A stretch of DNA of 64,000 bases, from contig JBGAHS010000009.1 of the NCBI GenBank assembly GCA_044226015.1, forward strand, positions 128,001-192,000, written 5' to 3'. Positions 29,349 through 38,797 of the stretch are shown here, piece after piece. The DNA comes from Candidatus Obscuribacteraceae bacterium (GTDB lineage: Bacteria > Cyanobacteriota > Vampirovibrionia > Obscuribacterales > Obscuribacteraceae). A model generated the notes under the pieces. It saw only the letters and a program-made list of their open reading frames with translations, was not told the origin of the DNA and made no database searches. A program made the translations under genes and the position numbers. How positions within the stretch are numbered: position 1 is the first letter of the stretch; each line of letters begins with the position of its first letter.

Positions 29349-31973
29349 ATGACTACTGAAACGGGAACAGTCAAAATGAAAGAATTGCCAAGCCATTTTG
29401 AATCGCTACCAGCAGAGGAAAAATGGGATAAGATCTGGGATTCGTGGGGAATTCACAAGTACGACCCAAGCCGTTCTCGTGAGGACACTTTTGTCGTAGA
29501 CACCCCGCCTCCGACTGTCTCTGGCTCTCTGCACGTCGGACACGTCTTCAGTTACACGCACACAGATGTCATCGTTCGTTATAACAGAATGAACGGAAAG
29601 AACATCTTCTATCCGATGGGATGGGATGATAATGGCTTGCCTACTGAGCGGCGCGTGCAAAATTACTACAACGTTCGCTGTGAGCATAGCTCAGCGGGTG
29701 AATATCTTGATGCAAAAACTGCATCTGAAACCTACAAAAAGGACGACCCGCCGAGACTGGTTTCACGTCCTAACTTCATCGATTTGTGTTTGGCATTGAC
29801 GCAAGAAGATGAGAAGGTCTTCAAAGCATTATGGCGTCGCATCGGTCTTTCAGTAGACTGGAACCAAGAATATTCGACCATCGATAAGCACAGCATCAAG
29901 ATTGCTCAACAAAGTTTTGTTGACCTGTTCAAGAAGCAACACGTCTATAGTGTCGAAGCTCCGACAATGTGGGATGTCGATTTCCAAACGGCAGTCGCTC
30001 AGGCAGAGCTGGAAGACCGCGATGTAACAGGAAACTTCCACAACATTCGCTTTGGTGTAGAAGGCAGTGACGATTCGTTTGTCATTGCGACAACACGTCC
30101 AGAACTTTTGCCAGCTTGCGTGGGCGTTGCAGCGCATCCTGAAGATGATCGCTACAAGCATCTCTTTGGCAAAAATGCGGTGACCCCTGCCTTCCATGTA
30201 CCTGTGCCGATTTTCGCAAGCGAACTTGTAGACAAAGAAAAAGGCACCGGCATTCTCATGGTCTGTACTTTTGGTGATGCAACAGACGTTCAGTGGTGGA
30301 AAGAGCACAAGCTCAAAATTCGCCAGATTTTTGGACGCAACGGAAGGCTCATAAATACAGAGTTTGGAACTAGCGGCTGGGAAAGTTTGAAGCCTGAGCT
30401 AGCAAATGCGAACTATCAGTTGATTGCTGGTCGCAACGTTAAGCAAGCTCAGAAGCTCGTTGTTGAAATGATGCGCAAGCCAGAAAATGCTGCCTGTGGT
30501 TCTGAAGCACCGCTAACTGAAGAGCCAAAGCCGCTAACTCATGCTGTCAAATTCTATGAGAAAGGTGACAAGCCTCTCGAGTTCATCACGACCAGGCAGG
30601 TTCGTTTGATGGACAAGAAAGAAGCACTCGTGAAGAAGGGTGATGAAATCACCTGGTATCCTGAGCACATGCGCCTTCGCTACAAGAATTGGACAGAAAA
30701 TTTGCAGTTCGATTGGTGTGTTAGTAGGCAACGCTACTTTGGTGTACCGTTCCCTGTTTGGTACCCCACAGATGCAAACGGTGAGATTGATTATGACCAT
30801 CCGATCGTTGCTGATATGAAGTCACTTCCTGTTGACCCGGTCAGCGACCCCGCTCCAGGTTTTGATGAGTCGATGCGCGGGAAGCCAAATGGATTCGTGG
30901 GCGAAAGCGATGTGTTTGACACATGGTTTACCAGTTCCATGACACCTCAGTTGTGCTCACAGTGGCTACTCGATGATAATCGCCATAAGAATCTTTTCCC
31001 GATGGACATTCGCCCTCAGTCGCATGAAATCATCAGAACATGGGCGTTCTACACCATCGCAAAGGCAATGCTTCATGAAGATAAAGTGCCTTGGAAGCAA
31101 GTTGCAATTTCTGGCTGGGTTCTCGACCCAGATAGAAAGAAGATGTCGAAGAGCAAAGGAAATGTTCTGACTCCGATGCATTTGCTCGATCAATACGGCG
31201 CTGACGGCGTTCGCTACTGGTCTGCCAGTGCGCGTCTTGGCACCGACACTGCGTTTGACGAAAGCATAATGAAAAACGGAAAACGCCTTGTGACTAAGTT
31301 GTTCAATGCTGGAAAGTTCGTTCTCGGACTGAAAGGTGATTCAGCTGCAATCGAACATGAAATTGACCGTGCTTTCATGGACAGATTGCGTTCGCTGGTA
31401 GCTCGTTCGAGAGCAAATTTTGAAAAGATGGATTATGGCTCAGCTCTCTCAGAAATTGAGCGATTCTTCTGGGCAGATTTCACCGATGTGTATCTCGAAT
31501 TAGTTAAAACCAGAGCCTACAATGAATCCGAAGGCAGTGGACGAGGCTCGGCTCTTGCAGCACTTCGAACTGCCCTCAGCGTTTTGTTGCGTCTCTTTGC
31601 ACCATTCTTGCCATACATTACTGAAGAGGTTTGGTCCTGGTCATTTGCTGAGGAAACTGGCAAAAAGAGCGTTCATGTCGCCAGCTATCCTGACGAAGCG
31701 GATTTGAATTCCAAGCCTTCATCCAACGCGACTTTGTTTGATGTGGTTGCCAACTCAAGAAGCAAGGTTAACCAGAAGAAAACTGAAGAACAAAAATCTG
31801 TAGGTGCAGAAGTCGCATCAATAGTCATTCAAGGGAATCAAAGTACGATTTCTCTACTTGAATTAGCAAAGTCTGACTTTCAAGCTGCTTGCAAAATTGC
31901 TAATTTAGAACTGCAGTTAAGTGCTGACCTACCTGACGGTGAAGTCAACATCTCACAGATCCAAATGAAATAA
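29349..31973 (+). CDS. valS: Valine--tRNA ligase (type 2, short form)
   Basis: DTPPPTVSGSLHVGH, GWDDNGLPTER, DWCVSRQRYFG, KMSKS; no long C-terminal coiled-coil arm. Confidence 0.95.
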   Translation: MTTETGTVKMKELPSHFESLPAEEKWDKIWDSWGIHKYDPSRSREDTFVVDTPPPTVSGSLHVGHVFSYTHTDVIVRYNRMNGKNIFYPMGWDDNGLPTERRVQNYYNVRCEHSSAGEYLDAKTASETYKKDDPPRLVSRPNFIDLCLALTQEDEKVFKALWRRIGLSVDWNQEYSTIDKHSIKIAQQSFVDLFKKQHVYSVEAPTMWDVDFQTAVAQAELEDRDVTGNFHNIRFGVEGSDDSFVIATTRPELLPACVGVAAHPEDDRYKHLFGKNAVTPAFHVPVPIFASELVDKEKGTGILMVCTFGDATDVQWWKEHKLKIRQIFGRNGRLINTEFGTSGWESLKPELANANYQLIAGRNVKQAQKLVVEMMRKPENAACGSEAPLTEEPKPLTHAVKFYEKGDKPLEFITTRQVRLMDKKEALVKKGDEITWYPEHMRLRYKNWTENLQFDWCVSRQRYFGVPFPVWYPTDANGEIDYDHPIVADMKSLPVDPVSDPAPGFDESMRGKPNGFVGESDVFDTWFTSSMTPQLCSQWLLDDNRHKNLFPMDIRPQSHEIIRTWAFYTIAKAMLHEDKVPWKQVAISGWVLDPDRKKMSKSKGNVLTPMHLLDQYGADGVRYWSASARLGTDTAFDESIMKNGKRLVTKLFNAGKFVLGLKGDSAAIEHEIDRAFMDRLRSLVARSRANFEKMDYGSALSEIERFFWADFTDVYLELVKTRAYNESEGSGRGSALAALRTALSVLLRLFAPFLPYITEEVWSWSFAEETGKKSVHVASYPDEADLNSKPSSNATLFDVVANSRSKVNQKKTEEQKSVGAEVASIVIQGNQSTISLLELAKSDFQAACKIANLELQLSADLPDGEVNISQIQMK

Positions 31974-31992
31974 ACAAGCGTCAAGCGCGTTA

Positions 31993-33207
31993 GTGGTTCA
32001 GGAAACTCCGGGGATTGTCGTGCAACTTCAATTCTTGCAAGAAGAAGCAGAAAAGGGAAGGTCGCAAGCTCAATTTGAGCTTGCTGAGGCTCTCTACACC
32101 GGAATGTCCGGCATACATGATATTCCCCAAGATTATGCTAAGGCTGCTGTCTGGTATGAGAAAGCGGCTAGAGCAGGGCACTCCGATGCTCAGTTCAAAC
32201 TAGCACTCATGAAGTTTTTGGGGCGTGGTATTCCACAACAACTTGATGAAGCTGCTTCCTGGTTTCGCCGTGCCGGTGACGAAGGGCATTGCGAAGCGAT
32301 GTTCAATTACGCTTTGATGTGTGAAAACGGATGTGGCAAACCTTCAAATCCACTGGAAGCTGCTGAATGGTACACGCGTGCTGCAGCGCTCGACCATGTG
32401 GATTCGGCTTTCAACCTTGCGATGCTCTATCACCAGGGGCGCGGTGTAGAGAAGGATCTTCGTAAGGCAGAGCAGTTATATGGATTTGCCGCGGACCGTG
32501 GGCACATTCAATCGCAGTTCAACCTGGCCCTGATGTATCATCAGGGAATTGGGGTGCCTCGCGACCCTCACCGTGCAGCTCAGCTCTACAAGCTCGCCGC
32601 AGACCGTGGTTATGTTACTGCACAATGCAACCTGGCAATTATGCTTCATCAAGGTGAAGGCGTTAGCCCGAATGTGCTTGAAGCTTTTCAATACTATCTC
32701 AAAGCAGCAGACAACGGGCACATTACTGCGCAGTACATTCTGGGACGAATGTATTCAACTGGAGAGGCTGTTACGCCAGACCATCGGCTTGCTGTGCGCT
32801 GGTACTCTCGGGCGGCCGAGCAGGGTCATATGAAAGCGCAGTATGAACTGGCGATGAAGATATCGCGTGGTGAAGGCATCGAGAAAAATATGCAGCAGGT
32901 CGCGAGTTGGCTGGGTAAGGCGGCTGACCAGGGATATTCTAAGGCGATATTTAGCCTCGCCATGCTTTTCCGAATTGGCGATGATATTGAGCCAAATTAT
33001 GCCTTCTCTATGGAGTGTTTTCTTCGTGCAGCACGTGAAGGTCACGCAGAGGCTCAATATTGGTTGGGTTATATGAATGAGAATGGCGAGGGAGTCGAGC
33101 CCAATAAGGCTGAAGCCGCCAAGTGGTATTCGAGAGCCGCAAAGACTGGCCACGAGAAAGCTCTGAAACGCCTGTCGTCGTTGTATGACGAACCTGTACT
33201 CGATTAG
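31993..33207 (+). CDS. Sel1-repeat protein (~10 repeats)
   Basis: Repeated AQFxLAxMYxxGxGVxxDxxxAxxWYxxAAxxG 36-aa units. Confidence 0.93.
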   Translation: MVQETPGIVVQLQFLQEEAEKGRSQAQFELAEALYTGMSGIHDIPQDYAKAAVWYEKAARAGHSDAQFKLALMKFLGRGIPQQLDEAASWFRRAGDEGHCEAMFNYALMCENGCGKPSNPLEAAEWYTRAAALDHVDSAFNLAMLYHQGRGVEKDLRKAEQLYGFAADRGHIQSQFNLALMYHQGIGVPRDPHRAAQLYKLAADRGYVTAQCNLAIMLHQGEGVSPNVLEAFQYYLKAADNGHITAQYILGRMYSTGEAVTPDHRLAVRWYSRAAEQGHMKAQYELAMKISRGEGIEKNMQQVASWLGKAADQGYSKAIFSLAMLFRIGDDIEPNYAFSMECFLRAAREGHAEAQYWLGYMNENGEGVEPNKAEAAKWYSRAAKTGHEKALKRLSSLYDEPVLD

Positions 33208-33303
33208 TGGTTGCCAAAGATTCTGTATAAATCAAAAAAGTAACGGCAAAGAAGACAAAAATCGCGGACAATTAGAAGAGCAAATCGCTGTCCGGGGGAA
33301 TCA

Positions 33304-33849
33304 ATGTCTCAGTCTTATACTTCGTTCGATACCGCACTTGGAACTTTAGCAATCGCATGGACGAACAGGGGCATTTGCGCTGTTCAGCTTGCAGAAGAAA
33401 GTAAGGAAAAGACAATACAACAGTTGCGGAAACGCTTTCCGAACGCACAAGAAGCTGAGCCTAGCATGATTGTGAAGCGAACAATTCATTTGCTAACGCA
33501 GCATTTGTCGGGTTCTGTGCAAGATTTCAGCGGCATTCCCTTAGATTTGGCTGGTCAGCAGCCATTCAGCCAGAAAGTCTATGAGGCAACCAGAGCTGTA
33601 AAAGCGGGTTCTGTTGCAAGTTATTCTGACATAGCGTTAAAAGTTGGCGCTCCAGACGCCAGTCGTGCTGTGGGACGGGCTCTTGGAACAAATCCTGTCC
33701 CTATAATCATTCCTTGCCATCGAATTATCGGAAAGAATGGTGCAATGACGGGCTTTTCAGCCTATGGAGCTTGTGATACAAAGATGAGATTGCTGTCCAT
33801 CGAGAAAGCATTGAGTTCTGACAAAGTGTCTATTGCTGGTCTCAGTTAG
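33304..33849 (+). CDS. ogt: Methylated-DNA--protein-cysteine methyltransferase
   Basis: RAVGRALGTNPVPIIIPCHRII active-site motif. Confidence 0.92.
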   Translation: MSQSYTSFDTALGTLAIAWTNRGICAVQLAEESKEKTIQQLRKRFPNAQEAEPSMIVKRTIHLLTQHLSGSVQDFSGIPLDLAGQQPFSQKVYEATRAVKAGSVASYSDIALKVGAPDASRAVGRALGTNPVPIIIPCHRIIGKNGAMTGFSAYGACDTKMRLLSIEKALSSDKVSIAGLS

Positions 33850-33873
33850 CATATAAATAAAGGAGCGTGCAAA

Positions 33874-34152
33874 ATGGAATGGCTCTGGTCCATTGGAATA
33901 ATCACTATGATTATTGTTGCTTTGCCCTGTCTTCTGGTGAGACCGCTGTTTCTGGCTATTGCAGACCGTATCGCCGGAAAGCAACATGGAGCCAAAGAAT
34001 TGCAAGACCTTAAGCTACGTATTGAAACTCTAGAGCATGAGCTGCGAACTGTTCGTGTTCAGGTAATAGGAATAGAAAATTCGCAAGAGTTTTCGACTAA
34101 GCTTCTTGAAGATTTGAAGGCTCAGAAAGCTAAGGAAGTTAAGCAGCCATAG
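33874..34152 (+). CDS. Small membrane-anchored coiled-coil protein
   Basis: AAGGAG RBS; N-terminal TM, then a heptad pattern (LQDLKLRIETLEHEL). Confidence 0.7.
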   Translation: MEWLWSIGIITMIIVALPCLLVRPLFLAIADRIAGKQHGAKELQDLKLRIETLEHELRTVRVQVIGIENSQEFSTKLLEDLKAQKAKEVKQP

Positions 34153-34847
34153 CAAATTTGAAGCTAAGGTTTGGGAGGGCTCTTTCCCTTTCCGTTTGGC
34201 AGAGTATTTTTTCTTTCTGCGTTGCTCAATTTGTAGACTTTGTCCATTCGTATCTCCTTAGCTCGGTTTACAGTCCTAGTTCCGTGGATAGCTTTCAGTT
34301 CCCTTCAATAGCTTTCGGTCCATCTATATATGTAGGGGGGCTCCAATGGAATTGCGTGCGTGCGGCGTGTCCTTTTGACCGTCTGCGCTGACACTTGGCT
34401 GGCGATGGCTAGTCATTTGGAGCGAATCTGCCAAGAGTAAAATTAGTGTGCTATCGAACTATTTCCTGAGGTTTCATGCCTGGATCTTTTCTGCTAAGAA
34501 CATCAGAAATGCCTGGCTGCCATCGAAATTTATCGCTTGCAATCCCCAGTTCTCTGAGGTTTATGGCGAAACTCTCGACAATGCTCGATGGGCAGCATTT
34601 GACCAAGCACACAAGCAAAAAGTGGTTAATTCATAAGCATATTTTGACTAAAAAAAACAAAGACATTTAGTGCTTACATCTATTATTTACGGTAATTGGA
34701 GCAAAAATTTTTTTGCATTTAATTAAGTCGTATTTTCGTTGGTTTGGCTTCAGATCTACATCTTATTAAGGTTTCAACTCTGAAAAACACGATGCAAGAT
34801 GATAGCATTAGATGCTCAATGCCCACCACACACGAGGAATTCTACCA

Positions 34848-35060
34848 ATGGCCAATGCTGTTCTCGAAACAGAATCATCACTTGACCGCACAATGCTCAA
34901 TGAAATCGTTCATTGGGTAAAGACTCTGAAAGACGTCGGAGTTTCCCCTGATGTAGCAGCACAAGTAGCTACAAAGTTTTTCGTAGCAGCTTGCAACGCA
35001 GCTGAAGAAGAAGAAGAAACCTGGGAAGAATATTCTGACGAAGAAGACGACGAAGAATAA
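34848..35060 (+). CDS. Small protein with highly acidic tail (70 aa)
   Basis: GAGG RBS before ATG 34848; ends EEEEETWEEYSDEEDDEE; followed by a terminator. Confidence 0.7.
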   Translation: MANAVLETESSLDRTMLNEIVHWVKTLKDVGVSPDVAAQVATKFFVAACNAAEEEEETWEEYSDEEDDEE

Positions 35061-35085
35061 GTTTTAGACAAATAAATATCTATTG

Positions 35086-35113
35086 AAAAGCGAAGGGGTG
35101 ACCCTTCGCTTTT
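35086..35113 (+). terminator. Intrinsic terminator (bidirectional-looking)
   Basis: AAAAGCGAAGGG-GTGA-CCCTTCGCTTTT perfect stem flanked by A/T tracts. Confidence 0.85.
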
Positions 35114-35299
35114 GCTATGCCGATTTTGTTGTGGCTCAAAATGCACGCAAATTCGAGCTTTTTCAGAATTTATCTTTTTTCTTGGGAAAAAATTGAACTT
35201 TTTGGACCTGTTTTACGTTTATGTAGGTAGAAGACCAAAACGCGGCCGCGAGAAATTTGGCAGATCATGTTACTTAACCCAAGCAAGGAACCTATTTAT

Positions 35300-35959
35300 A
35301 TGAAAAGACTTTTTGCCATAATCTCACTTGCCAGTACTCTCTCAATTCCTGTTTATGCTCAAGGAATATCTGATACTGCCTATGGTGGCGATAATTCTAG
35401 CGAAGAATTCAGAGTGACTCCATCAGAGGAACTTGCGTTCGCTCCGGAATACAGCCCTCAAGGTGCGGATATGGCTGTAGGAATTGCGAGCCCTGTTGGT
35501 GGTGCGCAACTCGCGTTGACTGATGAGCAATTGGAAAAAATTGCTAAAGTGAAAACGTCTCTGGCTGATGCAACCGGACCTAAGAAGTTACAGCTGAAGA
35601 CTCTTCATCGCCAGTTGAAAGATTCTCTTACTAAAGAGAACGTCGATAAGTCCTCAATTATGAGTCTCCAATCGCAAATAAATAGTTTGCGCGACGAGCT
35701 TTCCAATGCGAAGTTAAGTGCACGACTGGATACGCTTGCTGTACTCACACCTGAGCAGAAAGCAAAATTGAGACATGCAGCTCTGCAAAGACAAGCTATG
35801 GGTGCTATGGGCGGACGCAGAGGTATGGGAGGAAAGCATCATCGTGGTCATGGTGGTCAGCATGGATTCAAAGGCGGTCATCATGGACGCGGTCCTGCTG
35901 GTGCTGCTCCGAATGATGATAAAGCAATGGAAGAGTCGAACGCTGATTCTGCCGTCTAG
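35300..35959 (+). CDS. Spy/CpxP-family periplasmic chaperone
   Basis: Signal peptide; LTDEQ and VLTPEQ (LTxxQ) motifs; His/Gly-rich tail. Confidence 0.85.
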   Translation: MKRLFAIISLASTLSIPVYAQGISDTAYGGDNSSEEFRVTPSEELAFAPEYSPQGADMAVGIASPVGGAQLALTDEQLEKIAKVKTSLADATGPKKLQLKTLHRQLKDSLTKENVDKSSIMSLQSQINSLRDELSNAKLSARLDTLAVLTPEQKAKLRHAALQRQAMGAMGGRRGMGGKHHRGHGGQHGFKGGHHGRGPAGAAPNDDKAMEESNADSAV

Positions 35960-35996
35960 AAATCAACACAATAGATTTAGTTGGAACCCAAACAAG

Positions 35997-36028
35997 GAGA
36001 GAGCGAAAGCTCTCTTCTATGTTGTTTA
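35997..36028 (+). terminator. Probable intrinsic terminator
   Basis: GAGAGAGC-GAAA-GCTCTCTT followed by T-rich sequence. Confidence 0.65.
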
Positions 36029-36151
36029 AAACATCAGTATCTTGCTTCAGCTGACAATAAGATTGACCGTCAATCCCTGGCATCCAAGAGGATCTAGAAT
36101 TCTGATCTCTGTACGCTGTGTGTTGCGTTTAAAGTCGGATCCTATAAATCT

Positions 36152-36174
36152 GGGGGCGCCGCTATCCTGGCGGC
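36152..36174 (+). repeat. REP-like GC-rich hairpin between convergent genes
   Basis: GGGGGC-GCCGCTA-TCC-TGGCGGC, similar to 2232-2254. Confidence 0.4.
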
Positions 36175-36194
36175 ATCGGGATCAAATTGGTGGT

Positions 36195-36509
36195 CTACTT
36201 TACGTCTGACTGTACATCATTTTTTGTAATGGCTGATTGAATGGTCGGACTCATAAAAATTCCTCCAAACATTAGCGCTGAGGCAAGTAAACCAAGTAAG
36301 AATGGCTTAGCTGCACGGTTCCAATTCATGCAGACATACACAATTGCAGCGAAGGGCAAAAAGATATAAGCCAAACCCCACAGTACGTGTTTTTGGAACG
36401 CTGTTACTAGAAGCCATATGCCAAAAACGAATGTGCCCAGAGCGCCCAGTCCGAAAAGTATCAATCCCAATATATCCATGTGGAGTTCCTCGTGGGTAGA
36501 CTTTCCCAT
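36195..36509 (-). CDS. Small three-TM membrane protein
   Basis: WLLVTAFQKHVLWGL..LPF..YVCMNW pattern; true start may be the internal Met (MDILG). Confidence 0.7.
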   Translation of the reverse strand: MGKSTHEELHMDILGLILFGLGALGTFVFGIWLLVTAFQKHVLWGLAYIFLPFAAIVYVCMNWNRAAKPFLLGLLASALMFGGIFMSPTIQSAITKNDVQSDVK

Positions 36510-36584
36510 TCTACCGCGCCTAATTCGTGCGTGGGAATTTTGGAATTTCGAGTGCTTGCAGGACTCCTCTCGGGAACTCCTCGA

Positions 36585-37364
36585 TTATGTTTCAGCGGAT
36601 GCGTCTTTATTCAATGAAGAATAGCCGTAAAACAAGTAACCGAGCGAAATCGGAATAGTGATTATTGGCCACAAAACAGGCATTGCGAAGAGCAAGTAGA
36701 ACACTGCCGAAAGAACAATCGTCGGCGTTATTGCCACTGTGCTCATTCGGACTGCGGTTTTGTATCCGAGCTTTCGTGGATCCATAACCATTCCAACTAT
36801 GGCGTAAAATAGGACTAAAAGAACATGGAAAAACCAGGCTAGTAATGCGTAAGGCACGATTCCGATTAGCAGAATCATTTGAGCCATCTGTTGCAACATT
36901 GGTTTGAACGTGGCTGTCACCAGGTCAACGCTAGTTCCACTCAGAAGCGATGCCCAGGTAATTGTTTCATCCTGGCTGGAAAACTGTATCGACTCGGCTG
37001 TGAGTAAAGCACTTGCTGATTCGGGTACAGATTTTGTTTGTCCTGTTGTATCAATCAAAATTTGAGTTTCTTGCCCTGTTTGAGGATTTTTGAAATTCCA
37101 ATAGTAAGGACAGGGCTTATTTATGCTCAGTTTGTCATTTGCAAAATGCATGTCGGGCATTTTTTCAATAATCGCGGCAAATTTCGGATCATCTATGGCA
37201 GCACAGAGGTGAAAATATGCGCTGGTCACGCTCATTGCATTTGCAACGAAGACTGCGACCAGAAGGTAGAGAAGACCCATGCCTTTGCCTTCAAGAGCCG
37301 TTGCTCGATAAAAGTCCTTGGAGAAAAACGAGAGGGCTGGTGCCTTGAAAATCGAATATGCCAT
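36585..37364 (-). CDS. DUF1189-like membrane protein
   Basis: AGGAG RBS before ATG 37364 (the upstream part of the ORF overlaps the next gene); SFFSKDFYR..G.GLLYLL, periplasmic loop, further TMs. Confidence 0.7.
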   Translation of the reverse strand: MAYSIFKAPALSFFSKDFYRATALEGKGMGLLYLLVAVFVANAMSVTSAYFHLCAAIDDPKFAAIIEKMPDMHFANDKLSINKPCPYYWNFKNPQTGQETQILIDTTGQTKSVPESASALLTAESIQFSSQDETITWASLLSGTSVDLVTATFKPMLQQMAQMILLIGIVPYALLAWFFHVLLVLFYAIVGMVMDPRKLGYKTAVRMSTVAITPTIVLSAVFYLLFAMPVLWPIITIPISLGYLFYGYSSLNKDASAET

Positions 37365-37372
37365 TTGTTCTC

Positions 37373-38776
37373 CTAAAGATTCTGCATTTTTACAAGGAGG
37401 TCCATCAAGTAGTTTCCGAGTAGCATTATGCCTGCCACCGAATCTGGTGACTCTGAAAATTCTGAGGTGGCTCCTCTCATGTCGAGGCACGGACTGTCCA
37501 TATGAACACGAAGGCTGCTCAGAGCTGGAAAAATCTTGCATGCTTTTGCCAGAGCTTCTTGCAGAACCAGGCGTACTTCTGCTTTTCCATAAAGAGAGCC
37601 CAGGTTAGTGGATATTGCGTTGAGTGAATTTATTGCTTTCACCAGCTCAAACGATTTATCAGTGGTCAACGTAAGACTTTGTTTTGACACCGGTGTGTTG
37701 CCCGAAGTCCGCTTCATCAACTCTTGTAAATTGGGTTTGCTGAAGCTACCTGTCAATCGCTTCATTTCCTCGGTGGCTTTGCGCCCCTCTTCTTTTCGGC
37801 ACCACTTCAAGTTCAATATCTCATCAAGAAGCGTCATGATCGAATAACGATCATATGGCAGCTGTTTGCAAATTGATTCTGTATTGCTGCCCATTTCGAT
37901 GAGTGTCCAAAGTGAGCGGAACATATCCTTTCTGTCGTTTCCGAAAGCTGTTGGATCAGGAACAGTTTTTAACTGAAGATAAATTGAGTTTGGCCATCCC
38001 ACGCTATTCATGAGCTTGGGTAATTCGTCTGCTCGTCGCGCACCTTCGATCAAAAGCATATGCGGTGGGCGTCTATTCAAGTTTTGGTCTACTTCTGCGT
38101 CTGTGGTTTCAACCTGGTCAAAAGTGAAGTCTAGTGGTTCAGAGCTATTCATCAATTCATAGAGAGCGGCTTCGCCTCGTAAATGATCAAAACTAGCTGC
38201 TGCAATTTGTGATTTCGCAAGAATCATTTTGCCTACGGTTTTTCCGCCGCGACCGTACAAGGACAAAACACCATTTTGGCGCGAAGCGATTACTGTTTGA
38301 ATAACGGTTGGAAGGTCAAAAAATGCAAGGTTGCCTTGCAGTCCTGGCGGTTTGAAGGTGTTTGTGCCAGCAGACCGCTTCTCGATCATGTCTGAAATCT
38401 TTGAAGTGATTGCCGGAAATTTGCGGGTGACTTCTTTTAATGCTGCTGCTGGCAGAAATAAAACAACCGCTTCTTCCGGCACTCTTATAGTTGCAGTGCG
38501 AGGCGTTTCTTGCACAATAGCCATTTCGCCAAAACACTCACCAGCAGTCAAGTATGCGATGACTTTGCCCCCACGCAAAACTGCAACGTTGCCGCTTTTA
38601 ACAACATAAAGTCCATCGGGATCATCTCCCTCTCTGAAAATGATTTGACCGGGACCACAGACAATTTCTGCGAAAAGAACGCTCAAACTCTCAAGCACAG
38701 TCGGGTCAATCACCTGGAAAATAGACTGATGCTTGAGGAACTCTGCAACCTCAAGATTCTTTTCAGTCAACGCCAT
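37373..38776 (-). CDS. Cyclic-nucleotide-binding protein with DUF4388 domain
   Basis: IFREGD..LYVVKSG..FGEMAIVQETPRTAT (cNMP); LQGNLAFFDLPTVIQ..GVLSL..GEAALYELM (DUF4388). Confidence 0.85.
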   Translation of the reverse strand: MALTEKNLEVAEFLKHQSIFQVIDPTVLESLSVLFAEIVCGPGQIIFREGDDPDGLYVVKSGNVAVLRGGKVIAYLTAGECFGEMAIVQETPRTATIRVPEEAVVLFLPAAALKEVTRKFPAITSKISDMIEKRSAGTNTFKPPGLQGNLAFFDLPTVIQTVIASRQNGVLSLYGRGGKTVGKMILAKSQIAAASFDHLRGEAALYELMNSSEPLDFTFDQVETTDAEVDQNLNRRPPHMLLIEGARRADELPKLMNSVGWPNSIYLQLKTVPDPTAFGNDRKDMFRSLWTLIEMGSNTESICKQLPYDRYSIMTLLDEILNLKWCRKEEGRKATEEMKRLTGSFSKPNLQELMKRTSGNTPVSKQSLTLTTDKSFELVKAINSLNAISTNLGSLYGKAEVRLVLQEALAKACKIFPALSSLRVHMDSPCLDMRGATSEFSESPDSVAGIMLLGNYLMDLLVKMQNL

Positions 38777-38797
38777 AGTAAATTCCTTTCTTTCTAA

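Noticed and set aside
37365..37541. N-terminal 59 aa of the 318-aa ORF
   Set aside because: Overlaps the cNMP gene; a strong RBS supports the start at 37364.
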